A DNA stretch of 47,602 bases, taken from positions 1 to 47,602 of the IMG/VR virus record IMGVR_UViG_3300049846_000940. One strand, given 5' to 3'. Below the pieces are notes generated by a model, which saw only the letters and a program-made list of their open reading frames with translations, was not told the DNA's origin and did not search any database. Every line of letters starts with the position of its first letter. The stretch's first letter is position 1. Below are positions 6,780 to 16,140 of this stretch, piece after piece. Source of the stretch: a virus. Taxonomy: Duplodnaviria; Caudoviricetes. The position numbers were made by a program, and so were the translations under genes.

Positions 6780-7225
6780 TAAAAATCCTCTAACTTTCTG
6801 AGTGGAGCCTCTAGGTAAGATCTATTGATAGAACCATAAGTATCCATAGGGCCTCTATCACTTAACTCTACATTGCCACCATAATAGCCATTATGTTCTA
6901 CTCTGGTTTCAATTGTCATAGTACCTTCTGAAGTTATTAAAGTCAATCCCATTGTCTCTACCACATCATCCGTATCTTTTTTAAACCATGAAGACTTTTC
7001 TACCCATTCGGTAGTGTGTGCACCGAAAATAACAGCTTTACGTTTTGGTACTCCGTTAACATGTGCCACAAAACATTTGGCACAGCAATCGCCACTAAAC
7101 GTGAGGTAAAGAATACGTCGAGATTCCTCAGATCCAACGTCTAGAAGAATTAAATCATTATCCTGATTAATTAAAGCTCCGTTTAATTCCTTATTTACCA
7201 GACTCGTCAGTTCCATCTTCGTCAT
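6779..7225 (-). CDS. Conserved hypothetical phage protein (DCC...NGYYGG type)
   Basis: GDCCA and HNGYYGG motifs. Confidence 0.7.
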   Translation of the reverse strand: MTKMELTSLVNKELNGALINQDNDLILLDVGSEESRRILYLTFSGDCCAKCFVAHVNGVPKRKAVIFGAHTTEWVEKSSWFKKDTDDVVETMGLTLITSEGTMTIETRVEHNGYYGGNVELSDRGPMDTYGSINRSYLEAPLRKLEDF

Positions 7226-7424
7226 CCAGTTTAATAAACATACTCAGCGTAAACACACAAAACATACTAATAAGACTGCTGACTAGTGTAGCAGCTAGGT
7301 ACGGAAGTAATAGCCCTGTAAATCCTAAAAAGCTAAGTACCGCCTTGTCCAATCGTCTAACTGCATATTGACTCAGTAGCAAACCTAATACAGCACCCAA
7401 TGCATACAAAATTAAATAGAACAT
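7191..7424 (-). CDS. Membrane protein
   Basis: Two to three hydrophobic segments and an acidic tail. Confidence 0.6.
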   Translation of the reverse strand: MFYLILYALGAVLGLLLSQYAVRRLDKAVLSFLGFTGLLLPYLAATLVSSLISMFCVFTLSMFIKLDDEDGTDESGK

Positions 7425-7822
7425 AGTTTAATTCCCACCTTTTCAAAAATATCTTTAGCTTCTGTGTGACGATACTCGTTTTTATAATACACGGTTGTAA
7501 CCCCGCCCAATTGGATTAGTCGTTTTGCGCAAGGAGCACATGGCATATGAGTCACGAATACAACCTTAGGCTCGCTTCTGGCAGCATCGCAATTAATCAC
7601 AGCGTTTTCTTCGCTATGTAAGCAACCACAATTACCCGTAACATCTCTATCACAGCAGTTAGGTAATCCGGAAGCATTACCATTATACCCGACTGCCAGT
7701 ACTTTTCTATAATCGGCAGAAGTAATCACAGTGCCTACTTTTAGACGAGAACAGGTTGACCTCTCTGATAGATGGGAAGCTAGCTTAGTGTAGACTTCTT
7801 GAAAGGAAGGACGGTCAGACAC
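7412..7822 (-). CDS. dCMP deaminase
   Basis: RSTC..LKVG, GYNG, HSEENA and PCAPC zinc motifs. Confidence 0.93.
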   Translation of the reverse strand: MSDRPSFQEVYTKLASHLSERSTCSRLKVGTVITSADYRKVLAVGYNGNASGLPNCCDRDVTGNCGCLHSEENAVINCDAARSEPKVVFVTHMPCAPCAKRLIQLGGVTTVYYKNEYRHTEAKDIFEKVGIKLCSI

Positions 7823-8072
7823 TGGCGAAAAAGTTCCAAGTCCGGTTGATTTGTTCTAGCCAAATATTCATTCGCTTGTTGGGATATTTAGCTTCTAAGT
7901 CAAGAGCAAACTTACTATACTCTCGCATATACTGTTCATGTGGGATTGTATCTGAGAAAGGTAGCGGTTGGACTTCATACCGTCCTAATACGATATCATA
8001 CACCGGGTCTGGAAGTTCTACGAGTTCTTGCACTCCAGTATCTTCGTCAATCACTTTATACAAAAGAGTCAT
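7815..8072 (-). CDS. Hypothetical protein
   Basis: ATGA-coupled; GGAG RBS. Confidence 0.6.
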   Translation of the reverse strand: MTLLYKVIDEDTGVQELVELPDPVYDIVLGRYEVQPLPFSDTIPHEQYMREYSKFALDLEAKYPNKRMNIWLEQINRTWNFFASV

Positions 8073-8578
8073 AGTTTCTCCATTAACTTAACAGCAAGCA
8101 GAAAGGTGTTATAGGCGTCATCATCTGCTCTATGTTTGGTCCCTTGAAATTTCATACCGAACCTAGTCATAACTTTAGCAAGACCTCCCTGTAAAGGCAA
8201 GTCGTGCTTAAGTGCGTAGAATTGATATAACGTCTTGACATCAAACCATCTATGCCCAAAAAAGACCGTGTTTGTTTGTTGCTTAAGGAGAGCAGCATCT
8301 CCTCCGCCCCACGTAATAGGATTCACTGCGCAATCATAGGCTCGTTTGAGTTCCATCAATTTCAAACCAGCCTCATCAAGAGTAACACCCGAATCTAACA
8401 TCTCTTGATTGATGTTGCATAATTTCTGAATATACGGATTTAGAGGTTCATCTAGTTTTGTGAACAGACTAACGCGCTGAAAAATCTGGCCGGTTTTAAT
8501 ATTACCAATAACGGCTCCGATTTGGATGATCTTGTTAGACGGTTGGTTTAACTCAAGATCAAGAGATATAAAGTTCAT
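8069..8578 (-). CDS. DEDDh 3'-5' exonuclease
   Basis: SLDLE, IIQIGAV, WGGGD and HRADDDA; ATG at 8578 overlaps the upstream TGA. Confidence 0.9.
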   Translation of the reverse strand: MNFISLDLELNQPSNKIIQIGAVIGNIKTGQIFQRVSLFTKLDEPLNPYIQKLCNINQEMLDSGVTLDEAGLKLMELKRAYDCAVNPITWGGGDAALLKQQTNTVFFGHRWFDVKTLYQFYALKHDLPLQGGLAKVMTRFGMKFQGTKHRADDDAYNTFLLAVKLMEKL

Positions 8579-8802
8579 AGGCAACGAGGGAAGGGTTCAT
8601 CGGTAGTATGCGTTTTGTTGCATAGTTCACATCGATTGACAAATCGAGCTGGCGTCACATTAAATACCTGTTGCTCGTACTTCATCTCCCCACCGCAAGA
8701 ACAAAGAAGCACCTCAATAACTCGTTTAAGTTTTAATGTCCCTTCATAGGGGTCAGCAATATACTTACTCGACGAGGATAGATTGAGTTTCACTCTTCTC
8801 AT
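8575..8802 (-). CDS. Zinc-ribbon protein
   Basis: CSCGG...CELC. Confidence 0.65.
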   Translation of the reverse strand: MRRVKLNLSSSSKYIADPYEGTLKLKRVIEVLLCSCGGEMKYEQQVFNVTPARFVNRCELCNKTHTTDEPFPRCL

Positions 8803-9106
8803 TTAACAATGATCCTTGTGCAATAGGTCCAGGAGACTCTTTAAGCATAAGCTCTTCTCCGACATTTGTCAACTGTTCGATAAGAAGATTTACGAAACTT
8901 CTTGCATCGGGGTCATGAGCTGTCACTGCACGAAGAACTTCGAGTTTACCTAATACCTCTGTTCGAGAATCTCTCCAACCATTAACATAAGCGGAGTTAA
9001 CCAAGCAACGGGTGTCCCATTGATCTGGTCTAGGCCAACGAGCCGAGTATTCTGTCATCTTCTCAGTCATCTTAGTCGTGTTGCGCCACATATAGTTCCC
9101 TATCAT
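8765..9106 (-). CDS. Hypothetical protein (start uncertain)
   Basis: 113-aa ORF with several internal ATGs. Confidence 0.55.
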   Translation of the reverse strand: MIGNYMWRNTTKMTEKMTEYSARWPRPDQWDTRCLVNSAYVNGWRDSRTEVLGKLEVLRAVTAHDPDARSFVNLLIEQLTNVGEELMLKESPGPIAQGSLLNEKSETQSILVE

Positions 9107-9350
9107 AATTATTTTCTGGGTTATGGGGAGCGGTTAAAACTAATAGCCCCAAACTACTATAGTAGTTAGCGTATGCTGCAGAAGGTTTTGTGTTAGCGGG
9201 TAATACGAATGTTGTTGACTCATTCGTGTCTGGATCAGACACCACCACTGTAAATCCAGTAATTCTGACTAAAGGACGTTTACTCACCTCAAAACTTACC
9301 TCTAAACCTGTCTTATTAAAAAATGTTCGTTTTACCATAATTTCCACCAA
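9072..9350 (-). CDS. Hypothetical protein
   Basis: 92-aa beta-rich ORF in the operon. Confidence 0.55.
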   Translation of the reverse strand: MVEIMVKRTFFNKTGLEVSFEVSKRPLVRITGFTVVVSDPDTNESTTFVLPANTKPSAAYANYYSSLGLLVLTAPHNPENNYDRELYVAQHD

Positions 9351-9703
9351 GGAGTTTTTGCTGGGACTTCAGTTATCACTACTGGACTTTGTTTGTTCCA
9401 GTAAAGGATTACGCCAACATTGTTGGATGCATAGAGTTCATCGTGGAGATTAAAATTATAAAATGAAACTCTATACCCAAGCTTTTGGAGTTGATGGTTG
9501 TAGTGAATGAAATCAGAAACAAAGATAGACCAGTTGTTACCGAATGACGTACTCTCAATTCGACAACTAAAATCTCCTTTATTCACGGCCTCAATGATAT
9601 GAGACTCAATAAGTCCGTTGATCGCTACAACAGCTTCTTTTCTCCGCGCATTACGCTTCTCTTCAGCGATCATGAGGGCTGTCTTAGCGTCGATCATTCC
9701 CAT
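9332..9703 (-). CDS. Hypothetical protein with C-terminal PWWKLW motif
   Basis: 123-aa ORF with an aromatic/basic tail. Confidence 0.65.
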   Translation of the reverse strand: MGMIDAKTALMIAEEKRNARRKEAVVAINGLIESHIIEAVNKGDFSCRIESTSFGNNWSIFVSDFIHYNHQLQKLGYRVSFYNFNLHDELYASNNVGVILYWNKQSPVVITEVPAKTPWWKLW

Positions 9704-9888
9704 GACCCAATCTGAATATCGCCGTCATTGAAAGTGTAGATATTCAACTTCTTCATCCAAAAAACTAGGTCTTCGCTCGGAAAGATCTGAGAAGATCCTA
9801 CTTCTGATTTAAGCTCAGAATCTGCGATTTCTGCGAGATACATATTTGTTCCTAGTTCCTTAATAACGCCCTTAGTTCCCCTCATCAT
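9694..9888 (-). CDS. Hypothetical protein
   Basis: 64-aa ORF with RBS. Confidence 0.55.
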   Translation of the reverse strand: MMRGTKGVIKELGTNMYLAEIADSELKSEVGSSQIFPSEDLVFWMKKLNIYTFNDGDIQIGSWE

Positions 9889-10117
9889 TGCCTTCTACCT
9901 CCGGATATAAAACATTCATTAAAAACAAAAACGCTAGCATTAGATCTTTCTCTGGATAATTAGTATGTTTAACTGCGTGTTGCACTGCTAATCTAGCTCT
10001 GTGTGCTTCTACGGGAGTGTAGGTTCTTCTCTCTAGGAGTGTTACCCACGACTCCACAGCCAGTAGAATCTCTTCTTCATCCATTTTATCCAGTTGTGCT
10101 TGATATAAATCGATCAT
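9872..10117 (-). CDS. Hypothetical protein
   Basis: ATGA-coupled 81-aa ORF. Confidence 0.6.
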   Translation of the reverse strand: MIDLYQAQLDKMDEEEILLAVESWVTLLERRTYTPVEAHRARLAVQHAVKHTNYPEKDLMLAFLFLMNVLYPEVEGNDEGN

Positions 10118-10533
10118 AGAAGTTTCTGCGTTGTTGGGTCAACCGCTCGTTTAAAACCATTGGTGCGAAGTTTAATTGTATCTAATTCTCCACTAGGGAT
10201 GCTGTCTTTATCATAAAAGACACCATTGTAGGATAGAAATAGTCGGTGAACCGCTGACGGAAGTAGTAGTGTTACGTTACAGTATGGGTGCGATAACTCA
10301 ACATTCTCAATAAGTTCATCCCGAACTTTATCCAGATTATTTGTAAACTCAGAGATGTATAGAAATCTTGCAGGCTCCAGTCGCTCTTCTCTGTAGAGAT
10401 TGATTAGCACGTCCTTTAATAATGGACGGTCCATACAAGTTTCACATACCCAAGAAACATTCCGAAACATAAGTACGTTTTGAGGAGCTTGAGTACCACA
10501 AACCTTACAAGCTGATTGTGATGTAGACTGCAT
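10114..10533 (-). CDS. Protein with N-terminal C4 zinc finger
   Basis: CKVC...CETC; GGAG upstream. Confidence 0.65.
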   Translation of the reverse strand: MQSTSQSACKVCGTQAPQNVLMFRNVSWVCETCMDRPLLKDVLINLYREERLEPARFLYISEFTNNLDKVRDELIENVELSHPYCNVTLLLPSAVHRLFLSYNGVFYDKDSIPSGELDTIKLRTNGFKRAVDPTTQKLL

Positions 10534-10816
10534 TTGTTGTAATTCTCCAATTATTGTAACTTAGTTCTCTATTTTTAATTATTTTATAGAACCCAAGTCC
10601 AAAATAAACCTCTCGCTCAAGTCCAATATTTCTTAGGTGTTTATTTAATAGGATCTGACCGTAGTCTTCGGATTGTTGTACAATCTTCTGGAGCCCTGTT
10701 TGAATGTAGGTCGCTTTAATTGCGCTTGAGATAGCCTGTTCGTTGGCCTGTGCTGGGATTGAAGCACACAACGTCACCACGAGAATATTTAGAAAGATTC
10801 TGATCAATCGAATCAT
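10505..10816 (-). CDS. Putative exported protein
   Basis: MIRLIRIFLNILVVTLCASIPAQA signal-like N-terminus with AxA site; overlaps the upstream gene by ~100 bp. Confidence 0.55.
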   Translation of the reverse strand: MIRLIRIFLNILVVTLCASIPAQANEQAISSAIKATYIQTGLQKIVQQSEDYGQILLNKHLRNIGLEREVYFGLGFYKIIKNRELSYNNWRITTNAVYITISL

Positions 10817-11144
10817 AATCACCAGCTTCAAGAAACATACAGTCAACAATAGCTCGATCTAAATAAGATGTATTGTCTTTAGTAATAAGATCAATTGTAG
10901 CGCCATTGTACATAACGATTGAGTAAAAATCTGTATTTTCAATCGTCATAAGGCGATCAGATTCAGAAAGATCTTTTAGTTTTGAGTATGCATCAGAAGG
11001 ATTATTTTTGGTTACAACTGTAATGTAGTTTGTTTTTTTAGCTCTATCTAGGATTTCAGACCAGATAGTAGTAGACGTATTCGTGTCACACCACGAACTG
11101 TGATAATGCGATCTAACAGCTACTGCTCCACAAGTACACTTCAT
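10716..11144 (-). CDS. Zn-binding motif fused to a degenerate terminase-ATPase-like fragment
   Basis: N-terminal CTCG...HSSWC; NGATIDL..DN..YL...VDCMFLEA...CFNP; GAGGA RBS. Confidence 0.55.
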   Translation of the reverse strand: MKCTCGAVAVRSHYHSSWCDTNTSTTIWSEILDRAKKTNYITVVTKNNPSDAYSKLKDLSESDRLMTIENTDFYSIVMYNGATIDLITKDNTSYLDRAIVDCMFLEAGDYDSIDQNLSKYSRGDVVCFNPSTGQRTGYLKRN

Positions 11145-11180
11145 TGAATGATCCTCGAAAAAATAAATAGTAAAATAATG

Positions 11181-11846
11181 CTACTGACTGCTAGAGATAG
11201 ACTTAGGAAAAAGTTTGCGAACCATTTTACCAGTGTAAATAGCGGTTGCTTGAGATGTTCCAGAAAATATCGCATAACCCCCTCCAGGGATCGATGATAA
11301 TACATTCTTACCATCTTCTACAGCTTTTACAATAGGACCGTAGTTCGAAGATGGAGATATGTTACCAATAACGTTCATGTTTGGTAGCCCGTAACAGGCT
11401 GGAAAGTAATCGCAGGGTTCTAGTTTTTTAGCGTTATTGCCTGCTGCGACGTTAAAAATAATATTTGGATTATTGAAAATTGTAGCTTTTTCGTCTAAGT
11501 CCTCATCTGCCCCACCTGCAGATATATTGATGATCTTAACGTCCTGTAGAGAAGAGGCGTACTTTAGAGCTTCTGTAATATAATTGGGAGCTTTAGGTGA
11601 TTCTGAATAAAACTTAACAATTACCAAACAATAGTTAGCATCCTCAGCATATTTCTGAATAATACCTGCAATGTGCGTCCCATGTCCATTATGATCCATT
11701 AAATGTGTGTCGTAGCTTAGGTTTTTATGTCCATCGGAGCACAAAACGGTTTTGAACCTTTCATCCTTAAGATCCAATCCAGTGTCGATAACGACAACTT
11801 TATTTTCCGCTAGAGCACTTAAACTTAACAATAACAGACCTAACAT
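11181..11846 (-). CDS. Exported subtilisin-like serine protease (S8), no prodomain
   Basis: Signal peptide ending ALA; triad VIDTG, HGTHIAG, GTSQAT; oxyanion AAGN. Confidence 0.92.
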   Translation of the reverse strand: MLGLLLLSLSALAENKVVVIDTGLDLKDERFKTVLCSDGHKNLSYDTHLMDHNGHGTHIAGIIQKYAEDANYCLVIVKFYSESPKAPNYITEALKYASSLQDVKIINISAGGADEDLDEKATIFNNPNIIFNVAAGNNAKKLEPCDYFPACYGLPNMNVIGNISPSSNYGPIVKAVEDGKNVLSSIPGGGYAIFSGTSQATAIYTGKMVRKLFPKSISSSQ

Positions 11847-11852
11847 ATCTTT

Positions 11853-11881
11853 AACGTAGCACAGACTATACGAATACGCAA
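11853..11881 (-). promoter_or_regulatory. sigma70-like promoter giving a probably leaderless mRNA
   Basis: TTGCGT-17 bp-TACGTT with extended TG, ending 6 nt before the ATG; no SD sequence. Confidence 0.5.
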
Positions 11882-11890
11882 ATTTTTATT

Positions 11891-11900
11891 TAACAAGTTA
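11891..11900 (+). promoter_or_regulatory. Putative late promoter (TAACAAGTTA variant)
   Basis: At the head of the plus-strand morphogenesis block. Confidence 0.55.
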
Positions 11901-12002
11901 TATTAGGAAGTTACCAGCAACACAGACCGCCTTTCCTAAGGCACCTAGTCGAGTACACAGTAGCTGTTTACGCTGAAATAGGCTTTCTAGATCGGAAATT
12001 GT

Positions 12003-12242
12003 ATGAAAATGTCATATTTTTGTTTGGGCGGGGCGGCTTTGCCGCTTGTTCGTTCAGTGATCTTTGGCGCACAAATGGGGGATGCTATTGTTATGGTTGC
12101 TATTATTGCGGCCTACGTTGCTTCTCGCTACTTCGAGTCACAAGAAGAAGAACCTGTTAATGACAAAATTAAGCAGGATCTTGACGATATGAGAGCTACC
12201 GTTAACGCACTAAAGATCGGAAAAACTTTTGGGCGGCAGTAA
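12003..12242 (+). CDS. Small membrane protein
   Basis: Two hydrophobic segments followed by a short coiled coil. Confidence 0.65.
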   Translation: MKMSYFCLGGAALPLVRSVIFGAQMGDAIVMVAIIAAYVASRYFESQEEEPVNDKIKQDLDDMRATVNALKIGKTFGRQ

Positions 12243-12671
12243 ATGTCTACACTTGAGACTACGGATTCCTTAGCAGGTCAATTTGCTGATGTGAGTCAGC
12301 TATTGGAATATGCTGATGCACAATCCAAACTTATCGAAAGCTTAAAGCGTGAGTGTAAGCGCCTCAACGAGGAGGTTGCCAAGCTTAAAGATGCCATGCT
12401 AAGCTCGAAATCCCTTTCTGAGATCCCTAAATCCAAAATGATCGTATCTCCAGAGCAGATCATCTGCGAGACGCAAATCCAACTTCTCCAGCAAGTATCT
12501 CTTACTCGATCAATGACCTTAGAAGAGACTAAGCGCTTGGAGATTTTGGTCAAAAGTCTCTATTTAATTAAAGAAAAATCATCTGGCTCATCTGAGGACG
12601 ATCTTTCAAATTTGCCTGTAGCTAGTCTAGAACGTTTGGCCTCTATTCCAGAACCAGAACAGGAGACTTAA
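12243..12671 (+). CDS. Coiled-coil protein, candidate terminase small subunit
   Basis: Immediately upstream of TerL; C-terminal DLSNL...LERLA pattern. Function inferred from position. Confidence 0.5.
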   Translation: MSTLETTDSLAGQFADVSQLLEYADAQSKLIESLKRECKRLNEEVAKLKDAMLSSKSLSEIPKSKMIVSPEQIICETQIQLLQQVSLTRSMTLEETKRLEILVKSLYLIKEKSSGSSEDDLSNLPVASLERLASIPEPEQET

Positions 12672-12674
12672 CCT

Positions 12675-14111
12675 GTGTCTGTAGACGTTTATACACAAAA
12701 AAGACGAGCAATTGCGGCTCTATGGCACCAAGGCATCATTAGCTGGAAGCTAACCGATGTCCAAAAAGAACTCTACAACATCCATAAAACGAACACACAT
12801 AAGACTTCAGTATGGGTTTGCAGCCGTCGTTTGGGTAAATCCTATGCTCTTTGTGTAATTGCTTCTGAAATTTGCCTTCAAAAGCCGAATGCGGTCGTAA
12901 AATTCATTGCTCCAACTAGACAACACGTAACTAAGATTATCAAACCGCTTCTAAAAGAGGTGTTTAGGGACTGTCCTAAGGATCTTAGGCCCGAATTTAA
13001 GACAGCAGAGAGTATTTATAAGTTCAAAAATGGGTCAGAGATCCAATTAGCTGGTACCGATAATGGTCACGCTGAATCCCTTCGTGGAGGAAGTTCGGAC
13101 CTTTGTATTATCGATGAGGCCGCCTTCTGTGACGACTTGAAGTATATTGTGCAGTCCATTCTTATCCCAACTACAACGACCACAAGAGGTAAGATTATTA
13201 TGTCCTCAACCCCTCCAAAGTCGTCCGATCACCAATTTGTGCATTACATGGAGCAAGCGGAAGCTCGTGGAAGCTATGTTAAAAAGACTATTTACGACGG
13301 TATTGGGTCGAGAATTACACAAGAGATCATTGACGAAATTATTGAAGAACTAGGAGGCGTTGATAGCGTCGATTTTAGACGAGAATACCTATGCGAGCTT
13401 GTTTCAAACGACGAGGAGGCTGTATGCCCCTCCTTTACAGAGAAATTGCAGTCTAGGATAGTTAAAGAGTGGACTCGTCCGCACTTTTATGATGGCTATG
13501 TAGCCGGAGATATCGGTGCAGAGGACTATACAGTGTTCTTATTTGCCTATTATGACTTTAAAAACGCTAAGTTAGTCGTTGACAACGAAGTTGTTATGCG
13601 AGGACGAAGTATCACAACAGACGAAATTGTTGAGGAAATTAAAAAGAAGGAGCGAGAGTCCTTCTTAGACCATAAGAGTGGCTTAGTAAAAGACCCTTAT
13701 CTAAGAATCTGTGATAATAACCTTATTTTTATCAGTGACTTACGCAATAATCATGGGTTAACCTTCCTAACTCCTCCAAAAGACAATAACCAAGCTGCCA
13801 TTAATAACCTCAATATGTGGTTGAAGCAGGAGAAAATCATAATTCACCCAAGATGTCATACACTTATCACACACTTGAAGTACGCTAAGTGGGATAAATC
13901 TGGCTCTAAGTTCAAAAGAAGTACAGATCACGGTCATTATGACGCCGTAGACGCTTTAAAGTACCTTGTAAGGTCTGTGCAAGAGTCTAGAAATCCATAT
14001 CCAGCTAATTATGGTAGAGATTCCGAGCAATCATGGTATGATTACTCACAAAAATCTCCAATTCCGATGAACTTGCGGTTTTTTAAGACAATATTTCAAC
14101 CAAAAAAATAA
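12675..14111 (+). CDS. terL: Terminase large subunit
   Basis: Walker A SRRLGKS, LRGGSSDLCIIDEA Walker B, SSTP coupling motif, FRREYLCE, nuclease GDIG..D and HGHYDAVDALKY. Confidence 0.95.
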   Translation: MSVDVYTQKRRAIAALWHQGIISWKLTDVQKELYNIHKTNTHKTSVWVCSRRLGKSYALCVIASEICLQKPNAVVKFIAPTRQHVTKIIKPLLKEVFRDCPKDLRPEFKTAESIYKFKNGSEIQLAGTDNGHAESLRGGSSDLCIIDEAAFCDDLKYIVQSILIPTTTTTRGKIIMSSTPPKSSDHQFVHYMEQAEARGSYVKKTIYDGIGSRITQEIIDEIIEELGGVDSVDFRREYLCELVSNDEEAVCPSFTEKLQSRIVKEWTRPHFYDGYVAGDIGAEDYTVFLFAYYDFKNAKLVVDNEVVMRGRSITTDEIVEEIKKKERESFLDHKSGLVKDPYLRICDNNLIFISDLRNNHGLTFLTPPKDNNQAAINNLNMWLKQEKIIIHPRCHTLITHLKYAKWDKSGSKFKRSTDHGHYDAVDALKYLVRSVQESRNPYPANYGRDSEQSWYDYSQKSPIPMNLRFFKTIFQPKK

Positions 14112-14120
14112 ACAAGTAGT
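14111..14120 (+). promoter_or_regulatory. Putative late promoter (AACAAGTAGT)
   Basis: Intergenic copy before the portal gene. Confidence 0.55.
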
Positions 14121-14133
14121 TGTAGAGGTTTAC

Positions 14134-16140
14134 ATGTCCGATCTGAAATATTTTGCCGCTGATGAAGCGGAAGCAACAGCAGGAGTTTTGATTCAAAAGA
14201 TCGACTCATGGTGTAATAATCTCGAAACTAATGGGTATTTACAGAAATTACGCGATTCTTGGGCAGCTTACCACGGAGCGTACTATGCAGATGTCACTTC
14301 TGGACATAAAATCGCATTTAGTGGGGAGCAGGGGGAGATTGCTAATCTTCCCGTAAATCACGTTCGTAACTTAGCGCAGCATTTGCTGGTTATGACCACT
14401 GCAAATCGCCCAAGTATGGAAGCTAGAGCCAGTAATACGGACTTTAAATCTCTTTCTCAGGCTATTTTAGCAAACGGACTGTTGGACTACTATATGAGAG
14501 AGAAGCGTTTGGAGAAATACCTAAAACGCGCGGTGGAATATGCGATTGTATTGGGAGCTGGTTATGTAAAGATGACCTGGAATGCCACTACAGGCGAAAT
14601 TTACGAGTTTAATGAAGAAACCAATACCCCAATCTATGAGGGCGATGTTGAATTTGCTAACATGTCTCCATTTGATGTTATCGTCGATTCCACAAAAGAA
14701 TCTGCTGATAACCACGATTGGGTAGTATGTCGTACTTGGAAGAATAGACATGATCTGATGGCTAAATATCCAGATTTGGCAAACAAGATTGCAGCTATTC
14801 CAACAAAAGATCAGAATCTCCGCTTTAAATTTGGCAGTTTCGTAGACGATAAAACCGATGATGTAGCGGTATTTGAAATGTACCATCGTCGAAGTGAAGC
14901 TCTTCCTGAGGGACGTTATATGATGTTCCTTGCACAAGATGTCATTCTACATGATGGACCTCTTCCTTATAGAATGCTTCCTGTATTCCGTATTTCTCCT
15001 TCAGATATTCTCGGTACTCCTTACGGATATACTACAGTATTTGACTTGCTCCCACTACAAGACGCCCTAAACTCTCTATTCTCCACAATTCTTTCTAACC
15101 AGTCGGCTTTCGGTGTTCAGAATATCATCGTTCCTCGTGGAAGCGATATTAACCCTATGCAGCTTGCTGGTGGGTTAAACGTTATCGAATATAACCAACA
15201 GGCAGGAAAGCCTGAATCTCTAAATCTAACGGATACTCCTGCTGAGATTTTCAAATTTGCTGATCTTATTTCTCAACAAATGGAAGTGTTGAGCGGAGTA
15301 AACTCTGTATCTCGTGGTCAGCCTGATCCTAACCTTAAGTCTGGAGCAGCACTCGCTCTTATTCAGAGCATGGCGATTCAATTTGCCTCTGGATTACAGC
15401 AATCTTACGTACAACTTATCGAAGACGTAGGCAGCTCATTGATCTCGATGCTCAGGGATTTCGCTTCAGTTCCTCGTGTAGCGGCGATTGTCGGTAAAAG
15501 CAATCGTACTTTTATGAAGGAATTCAAGGGAGATGATCTTGCTAACGTTAATCGTGTTATCGTCGATGTTGGAAATCCTCTGGCTCGTACAACCGCCGGT
15601 CGTTTAGAAATTGCGCAGCAGTTACTTCAGATGGGATTGATTAAAGATCCGGCTCAATTCCTAACAGTACTCAATACTGGACGTTTGGATACTACCTACG
15701 AAGGTGAGCAGACTGAATTGATGCTGATCCGTAAAGAAAATGAAAAGATGATCAACGGAGAGACAGTTTCTGCCATTTGGATCGATGAACACAAAGAGCA
15801 CATTCTAGAACATAAAGCAGTTCTTGCTGATCCTGATCTAAGAAATGATCCGGAAATCGTAAGTATTGTACTTGCGCACATTCAAGAACATATTGACCAT
15901 CTAGAGCAGGCCAAGCCTGAATCTCTAATGGTACTTGGTCAGCAGCCAATTGCTCCCCCACAGCAAATGTCTGCACCACAAGGAGCACCTACAGATGAAG
16001 TAATGGCTCCTCCAGAAGGAGTAATTCCTCCGTCTGCTATGGTTCCAGGGCAGGAACAACCAAATATGCCAAACATGCCAACACCACCGGCACCGTTTGA
16101 GAATCTGCCGGTAACGGCTCAGGAGGTTCCTGCTCAGTGA
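14134..16140 (+). CDS. Portal protein (P22-like)
   Basis: 668 aa after TerL; VN..R, SPFDV, YG...DLLPLQD.LN and SGV..VSRG....SG.A motifs; Pro/Gln-rich tail. Confidence 0.9.
   Translation: MSDLKYFAADEAEATAGVLIQKIDSWCNNLETNGYLQKLRDSWAAYHGAYYADVTSGHKIAFSGEQGEIANLPVNHVRNLAQHLLVMTTANRPSMEARASNTDFKSLSQAILANGLLDYYMREKRLEKYLKRAVEYAIVLGAGYVKMTWNATTGEIYEFNEETNTPIYEGDVEFANMSPFDVIVDSTKESADNHDWVVCRTWKNRHDLMAKYPDLANKIAAIPTKDQNLRFKFGSFVDDKTDDVAVFEMYHRRSEALPEGRYMMFLAQDVILHDGPLPYRMLPVFRISPSDILGTPYGYTTVFDLLPLQDALNSLFSTILSNQSAFGVQNIIVPRGSDINPMQLAGGLNVIEYNQQAGKPESLNLTDTPAEIFKFADLISQQMEVLSGVNSVSRGQPDPNLKSGAALALIQSMAIQFASGLQQSYVQLIEDVGSSLISMLRDFASVPRVAAIVGKSNRTFMKEFKGDDLANVNRVIVDVGNPLARTTAGRLEIAQQLLQMGLIKDPAQFLTVLNTGRLDTTYEGEQTELMLIRKENEKMINGETVSAIWIDEHKEHILEHKAVLADPDLRNDPEIVSIVLAHIQEHIDHLEQAKPESLMVLGQQPIAPPQQMSAPQGAPTDEVMAPPEGVIPPSAMVPGQEQPNMPNMPTPPAPFENLPVTAQEVPAQ

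Noticed and set aside
11900-12002. Self-cleaving ribozyme in the late leader or in the 1691-1760 element
   Set aside because: I could not find hammerhead, twister, pistol or HDV core consensus by eye; an Infernal search would be decisive.
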